64,000 bases of DNA. Source: Eledone cirrhosa. Taxonomy: Eukaryota. The DNA is taken from assembly GCA_964016885.1 (NCBI GenBank), contig OZ024740.1, forward strand, positions 394,444,001 to 394,508,000, given 5' to 3'. The translations under genes were made by a program, and so were the position numbers. The notes beneath the pieces were generated by a model, which searched no databases, was not told the origin of the DNA, and worked only from the letters and a program-made list of their open reading frames with translations. Numbering within the stretch: the stretch's first letter is position 1; each line of letters begins with the position of its first letter. Positions 63,955 to 64,000 of the stretch are shown here, piece after piece.

Positions 63955-64000
63955 GGTTTTCTTTATTAACCACAAGGGTTTACATAAAGTAGACATTAAG

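Overview
Non-genic, repeat-dominated eukaryotic DNA, probably from an octopus or other coleoid cephalopod (inferred only from recalled SINE families and dense AT-rich microsatellites). Bases 1-40058 are one 22-bp tandem satellite (consensus ATTACTGATCCAYACATATATT, about 1,800 monomers, starting before the window) with kb-scale internal duplications. Key observation: the monomer appears to be a piece of reverse-transcriptase coding sequence. On the minus strand a decayed R4/Dong-type RT fragment (40059-40291) reads without a gap into the first monomer, and the monomer matches 18/22 nt of the homologous codons (FSSDICMQ, 62460-62481) of a near-intact Dong-like non-LTR retrotransposon in the same window. 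That element (60290-63898) sits in an (AAT)n tract and has one frameshift. The interval 40.5-60 kb holds tRNA-derived SINEs, microsatellites, local duplications, a MITE-like foldback, several hairpins, and Penelope-like remnants with type I hammerhead ribozyme motifs, including a 315-bp inverted repeat with a hammerhead in each arm. No host protein-coding gene is supported. All alignments were done by eye.
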